Below, piece after piece: positions 59,569-64,000 of a stretch of DNA of 64,000 nt; the stretch's first letter is position 1, and the number at the start of each line of letters is the position of its first letter. A program made the translations under genes and the position numbers. Source of the stretch: a bacterium (GTDB taxonomy: Bacteria; UBA8248; JACPRG01; G963555815); the NCBI GenBank assembly GCA_965218795.1, contig OZ244653.1, positions 4,000,001 through 4,064,000 on the forward strand. Reading direction: 5' to 3'. Under the pieces are notes generated by a model. That model was not told the origin of the DNA. It saw only the letters and a list, made by a program, of their open reading frames with translations, and did not search any database.

Positions 59569-60591
59569 ATGAGCGAAATACCGATCGAACCCATTCGCTG
59601 CATTCTCGCGGCGGAAATCGGGACCAATCACAACGGCGACCCCGAACGCGCCCGAAGGCTGATGGAAGTTGCCGCCGATTGCGGGTGTGATGCGGTAAAC
59701 TTCCACAAGCGGTCCCCGGACGCGGCATCCGGACAGGAGGCCCTCTGGCGAGCCCACGCCGCATTTCCTGAGCTGGGTTCGAACGCCCGGGAAGTGGTGC
59801 GCCGGTTGGGTTTGGATACGGAGGCGTTTCAGCGACTTCGGAATATGGCCAGGGGCCGCCTCGCATTTTGGGGAACCCCCATGGATATCGACTCCCTGGA
59901 GTTTCTGGATCCGATGGAGGTCGACGGATTTTTCGTTCCCGCGGGTTGCAATACGGACTTTCCGCTCCTCGAAGCGATATGCAGTCGAAATCGGCCAGTG
60001 TATGTTTCCACGGGCGCCTGTGACGCGGAGGAGGTTTCCGAAATCGTCCGTTTGGCCGGGAATTGCGAGTTCTTCCTGTTGCACGGCGTGGCCTGCTTTC
60101 CAACCCAGGCGGAAGAGAGCCAGCTGCAAATGCTCGGCTGGCTGAAGCAATTCGGGATGCCGCTGGGGTATGACGATCACGAGGATGGACATCTGACGGC
60201 TCCCGTGGCGGTGGCCAGAGGGGCGAGGGTCCTTCAAAAGCCTCTCACGTTGGACCGCCGGCTTCCCGGGGCGAATCACGTTTACAGCTGCGAGCCGGAC
60301 CAGTTGAAGCGATGGGTCGAGGCCGTCCGGCGAATCGAACAGGCCTTGTCGGGCGAAGCGGACAAGCGGCTGCTCCCCATAGAGATGGAATCATTCGACG
60401 ATGACCGCAGGGCCGTGGTCGCGGCGGTGGACATCCAGCAGGGATCGGTTCTGACGCGGGAGATGCTTTCTACCAAACCCCCTCTTCGGGGTCTGACCCC
60501 GCGGTTGCTTCCCAGGCTGTTGGGCCGAAAGACCTTGTACGACATCCGCAAGGATGAGCCGATCACCTTTGGTCTGGTAGAGGTGAAATGA
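59569..60591 (+). CDS. NeuB-family protein with degenerate active site
   Basis: AEIGTNHNG, STG, C-terminal SAF/AFP-like domain; several catalytic motifs altered. Confidence 0.85.
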   Translation: MSEIPIEPIRCILAAEIGTNHNGDPERARRLMEVAADCGCDAVNFHKRSPDAASGQEALWRAHAAFPELGSNAREVVRRLGLDTEAFQRLRNMARGRLAFWGTPMDIDSLEFLDPMEVDGFFVPAGCNTDFPLLEAICSRNRPVYVSTGACDAEEVSEIVRLAGNCEFFLLHGVACFPTQAEESQLQMLGWLKQFGMPLGYDDHEDGHLTAPVAVARGARVLQKPLTLDRRLPGANHVYSCEPDQLKRWVEAVRRIEQALSGEADKRLLPIEMESFDDDRRAVVAAVDIQQGSVLTREMLSTKPPLRGLTPRLLPRLLGRKTLYDIRKDEPITFGLVEVK

Positions 60592-61286
60592 GCGGCCAGC
60601 CTCTGATTTCAATCGTCATCCGGGCCAAGAACGAGTCGGAGTGGCTCCGTCGCTGCCTTACGGCCGCCTCCCTGCAAGACTACCCCCGGCGGGAAATCAT
60701 TGTGGTGGATAACGAGTCGGACGACGGGACGGATGGAATCGCCCGCGATTACGACTGCCGGCTCATCACCATTCGTGAAAAGGAGTTCAGTTACGGGCGA
60801 GCGCTGAATGTGGGCGTTCAGGCATCGAAGGGTGAACTCATGGTCTGTCTGTCCGCGCATTGCGTGCCCGTCCATAACAAGTGGCTGGACCGCATGGTGG
60901 TCAATTTCGATCGACCGCAGGTTGCAGCGGTCTACGGCCGACAGGAACCGCTGCCGGATTCGCATATCTTCGACAAGCGGGATCTTTGGAACACGTTCGG
61001 CCTGGACCGGAAGATTCAGGTCAAGGACTCCTTTTTCCACAACGCCAATGCCATGCTTCGGCGGAGCGTCTGGGAGCGTATCCCCTTTGACGAAGAGCTG
61101 AACGGCGTGGAAGACCGGGACTGGGCCAAGAAGGTCATCGCGTCGGGCTATCACATCGTGTATGAGCCGCAGGCGAGCGTGTATCACCACCATGGCATCC
61201 ACCAGACGATGGATGTCGCGCGGGCGGAGCGGGTCGTTAAGATGATCGAGCTGATCAACGGTCGCGAACCCCTGTTCGATGATTGA
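60588..61286 (+). CDS. Glycosyltransferase family 2
   Basis: SIVIRAKNE, VDNESDDGT, EDRDW. Confidence 0.9.
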   Translation: MSGQPLISIVIRAKNESEWLRRCLTAASLQDYPRREIIVVDNESDDGTDGIARDYDCRLITIREKEFSYGRALNVGVQASKGELMVCLSAHCVPVHNKWLDRMVVNFDRPQVAAVYGRQEPLPDSHIFDKRDLWNTFGLDRKIQVKDSFFHNANAMLRRSVWERIPFDEELNGVEDRDWAKKVIASGYHIVYEPQASVYHHHGIHQTMDVARAERVVKMIELINGREPLFDD

Positions 61287-61416
61287 GGGGAGGCGGACCG
61301 AGCCGACCGCCCCGCCGTCTGCCTTCCATCCCGTTCGTCCCGTCTTTGATGAGACCTTCTCCTTCTCCCATGAATCGACTGCATAAACTTCCTTTTCAGG
61401 GTGCGCGGAGGGAACA

Positions 61417-62175
61417 GTGAGCAAAGGGTCTGTGGTCGCGGTCATTCCCGCTCGAGGCGGGTCGAAAGGTCTCCCGAGAAAAAACCTCCTGCCTTTGGCT
61501 GGTCAACCCCTCATTGCCCACACCATTCAGGCGGCCGTCCGGGCCGAGCGCGTGGAACGGGTCATCGTCACGACGGATGATGAGGAGATCGCGGGGGTAG
61601 CGCGTGAATGGGGAGCCGAAACGCCGTTTCTGAGGCCGGAGAGCTACACCACCCCCTCGGGGATGACCGTCGAGTTGACTTCCGACCTGGCCACGACCGA
61701 AGACACCCTCGCCCATGCCTGCCACTGGTTCGCCGGACACGAAGGCGTGCCCATCGACATTTTGGTTTATCTCCAAACGACCGATGTCTTTCGCCGCCCG
61801 GGTTGGATCGATGAGGTCGTCCGGCGGCTCCAGGAGCATCCGGAGCTTGAGACGGCTTTTGCGGCGTTGAAGACCCACAAGAATTTTTGGCGTGGCGGGG
61901 AGGAAGGTGGCTTCGAGCCGCTGGGCGCATATGCGGGTCACGGCTCCCGCCAAACCAAAAAACCGACGTACCGGGAGGATACCGGCTTGGCCTGCGCCAC
62001 CCGGGCACGCCTACTGATGGAGGACCCGCCGCGACGGGTCGGGAAGGCGGTGGACATCCTCTGGTATGACGACCCCGCCGCCAATATCGACATTCATGAT
62101 GAGTTCGATCTGTGGCTGGCCGAGAAAGTCCTGACCGAATGGAAAGGGGCCGAGGGCTATGACATCGCCCGCTGA
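61417..62175 (+). CDS. Acylneuraminate cytidylyltransferase (NeuA-like)
   Basis: IPARGGSKGLPRKN, PFLRP, IDIHDEFD. Confidence 0.9.
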   Translation: MSKGSVVAVIPARGGSKGLPRKNLLPLAGQPLIAHTIQAAVRAERVERVIVTTDDEEIAGVAREWGAETPFLRPESYTTPSGMTVELTSDLATTEDTLAHACHWFAGHEGVPIDILVYLQTTDVFRRPGWIDEVVRRLQEHPELETAFAALKTHKNFWRGGEEGGFEPLGAYAGHGSRQTKKPTYREDTGLACATRARLLMEDPPRRVGKAVDILWYDDPAANIDIHDEFDLWLAEKVLTEWKGAEGYDIAR

Positions 62176-62896
62176 GGATCCCAAGCGGCAGGTGATTGCG
62201 CTCGTGCCCGTTCGCGGAAGGCCGCTCTTCCGCGAATCACTGGGGAAGAAGCCGCTGCTGGTTCACACATTGGACGCGGCAAAGGAAAGCCAACGCGTCG
62301 AGAGAATTCTGGTGACGACCGAGGATCCGGAGATTGCGGATTTGGCGCGCAGGGGAGGCGCCGAAGCGCCATTTCTCCGGCCTCCGGATCTCGCCGAACC
62401 GGGCACTCCGCTGGAACGCGTGCTTCAGCATGCCGTCGCGTGGCTGGAAGACAATGAAGGCCGACCAGTCGATGTGGCCGTCCTTTTGGAGGTCTCGCAC
62501 CCCTTCCGGCCGCCCGGTCTGATCGATCGGATTGTGGACAGCCTTGTGGACCAGGATCTGGATTCCGTGTTCGTGGCGGTCGAGGAAACCGCGAATTTCT
62601 GGTACCAGGACAATCGGGGACTGACACCTATCGGAGAGAGCGGCCACGCTCCCAGGTCGGAACGGAAACCCATCTATCGTGAAATCAGCGGGATGGTTTG
62701 CGCGACGAAGGGCGAGGTGATCAAGCACGGGGACCGGCTGGGGAGGTTCGTGGGCATGGTCCCCATTCGGGGAATGGCGGGGCGGGTGGACGTCCGATCC
62801 CGTCTGGATCTGAAAATCGCCGAGACGCTTCTCCCTGCATGGGAGGCCGCGCTGGAGCGGGAGGCCGATGAAGATCCCTCCCTTGGAGTGCAGTAA
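62159..62896 (+). CDS. NeuA-like paralogue lacking the CTP-binding loop
   Basis: VPVRG followed by no SK...KN; retains PFLRP and PFR. Confidence 0.8.
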   Translation: MTSPAEDPKRQVIALVPVRGRPLFRESLGKKPLLVHTLDAAKESQRVERILVTTEDPEIADLARRGGAEAPFLRPPDLAEPGTPLERVLQHAVAWLEDNEGRPVDVAVLLEVSHPFRPPGLIDRIVDSLVDQDLDSVFVAVEETANFWYQDNRGLTPIGESGHAPRSERKPIYREISGMVCATKGEVIKHGDRLGRFVGMVPIRGMAGRVDVRSRLDLKIAETLLPAWEAALEREADEDPSLGVQ

Positions 62897-62898
62897 GA

Positions 62899-64000
62899 TT
62901 GAACGTCCACGACCTCAAACGGGAATGCCTGTTCATTCTGAAGGCCTACGCCTACCTGCCCGTTACTTTCTTGCGACGTGTGGTGCTTGGGAAGGACCCC
63001 TATTTTCGGCGGCTCTTCTGGAGCCGGTGGGGATTTCTGCCCAAGGAGCTGAAGAGGCTGGCGCAGAGCCGCCCGACCATCTGGATCGAGGCTCTTTCCG
63101 GTGGAGAAAACACTCAGATCGTTACCTTCGTCAAACGGTTGAGGGGCCTCTTTCCCGACGTCAACCTGATTCTTTCCACCAATAACCGTTATTCCTTTGA
63201 ATTTTCAAGCAAGCGGAAGGATCTGGATTTTGTATTTGACAGCCCGTGGGATCTGAGACACGTTGTCCGGAGGGGACTCCGGACGCTACGGCCCGCGGCG
63301 CTTCTCTTTATCGAAAATTGCAGCTATCCGGTCCTCTGCCGGGAGGCCCGGCGGGCCGGGGTGCGGACCATTCTCCTCAGCGGATTCATGAGCCACGGCT
63401 ACGAGCGGCATGAAATCGTCGCCCGCTCCATTCCCCGGGGCTTCCACCGGTTTCTCGACGACATTGGCGTAAAATCGGAGGCCGACGCGGACGGGTACCG
63501 CCGCCTCGGCGCACCGCCTAGAAAGATCCGGGTGGTCGGTGAGATGAAGTACGATCTGGATTTTCTCTGGCTGTCCGAGGAAGAGCGAAGGACGATGCGG
63601 GCCGATCTAGGGATCCGACCGGATGCCCCCGTTTTCGTCGCGGGGAGCATACGGGCCGGAGAGGACGAGATCATCCTCGAAGCATTCCGTCGCGTGCGGG
63701 AGGAATTCCCGGAATTCCGGCTGCTCATGGCCCCCAGTTATTACGGCAACACAATGAAGATGAAAGATGTTTTCCTCAAGGCCGGATTCGATTATCAGCG
63801 AAAGACCGCCCTGGATGCGGGCGAGCTGCCCAAAGATGCCGTCTTGATTGTCGACACCTTTGGTGAGTTGGCCCGCCTCTATGGTATCGGAACCGTCAAT
63901 TTTATCGGGGCGAGCATCATCCCGAAGGGGAAGCTGGCCTTCGGCCATAACCCCATTGAGCCCTTGATTCACGGACGGCCGCTATTGTTCGGGCCGCACA
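62899..64000 (+). CDS. WaaA/KdtA-like (GT30) ulosonate transferase, runs off the window
   Basis: Frame absent from the ORF list because it has no stop: IWIEALSGGE, PWD, GEMKYD, VDTFGELARLY, GHNPIEP. Confidence 0.85.
   Translation, partial: MNVHDLKRECLFILKAYAYLPVTFLRRVVLGKDPYFRRLFWSRWGFLPKELKRLAQSRPTIWIEALSGGENTQIVTFVKRLRGLFPDVNLILSTNNRYSFEFSSKRKDLDFVFDSPWDLRHVVRRGLRTLRPAALLFIENCSYPVLCREARRAGVRTILLSGFMSHGYERHEIVARSIPRGFHRFLDDIGVKSEADADGYRRLGAPPRKIRVVGEMKYDLDFLWLSEEERRTMRADLGIRPDAPVFVAGSIRAGEDEIILEAFRRVREEFPEFRLLMAPSYYGNTMKMKDVFLKAGFDYQRKTALDAGELPKDAVLIVDTFGELARLYGIGTVNFIGASIIPKGKLAFGHNPIEPLIHGRPLLFGPH

Noticed and set aside
1-64000. CRISPR array, cas genes, reverse transcriptase, tRNA or rRNA
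   Set aside because: No regularly spaced repeats or diagnostic motifs found by eye.

Overview
GC-rich bacterial chromosomal window. The gene mix (orphan molybdo-hydroxylase large subunits, UbiD paralogues, many EamA transporters, selenoproteins) suggests a Nitrospinota/Tectomicrobia-like or deltaproteobacterial organism, but that is inference only. From left to right it holds: (1) an ECF sigma/anti-sigma/two Spy-like operon, divergent from a decaying Zn-uptake operon that has a Zur-like box, an RGPP-ending leader ORF and an 8-bp tandem repeat, and is interrupted by an AT-rich HicB/HicA-like pair; (2) two genes split by in-frame UGA that read as selenoproteins (AhpD-like CxxU, TlpA UxxC next to ccdA); (3) catabolic paralogues (2 UbiD, 3 XDH-family Mo subunits, amidohydrolase, hydantoinase A/B, 5 EamA); (4) a ~3.8 kb defence islet with an MTase and Bpu10I-family REase nested in remnants of a larger RM gene, plus a RES gene and integrase remnant; (5) a candidate promoter-driven sRNA bracketed by REP-like repeats; (6) rnr-smpB-tmRNA; (7) panB with a pan-like RNA leader; (8) a surface-glycan cluster ending in a degenerate NeuB, two NeuA-like genes and a WaaA-like transferase cut by the window edge. 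No CRISPR, rRNA or tRNA was seen. All family calls come from motif recognition by eye; no searches were run.
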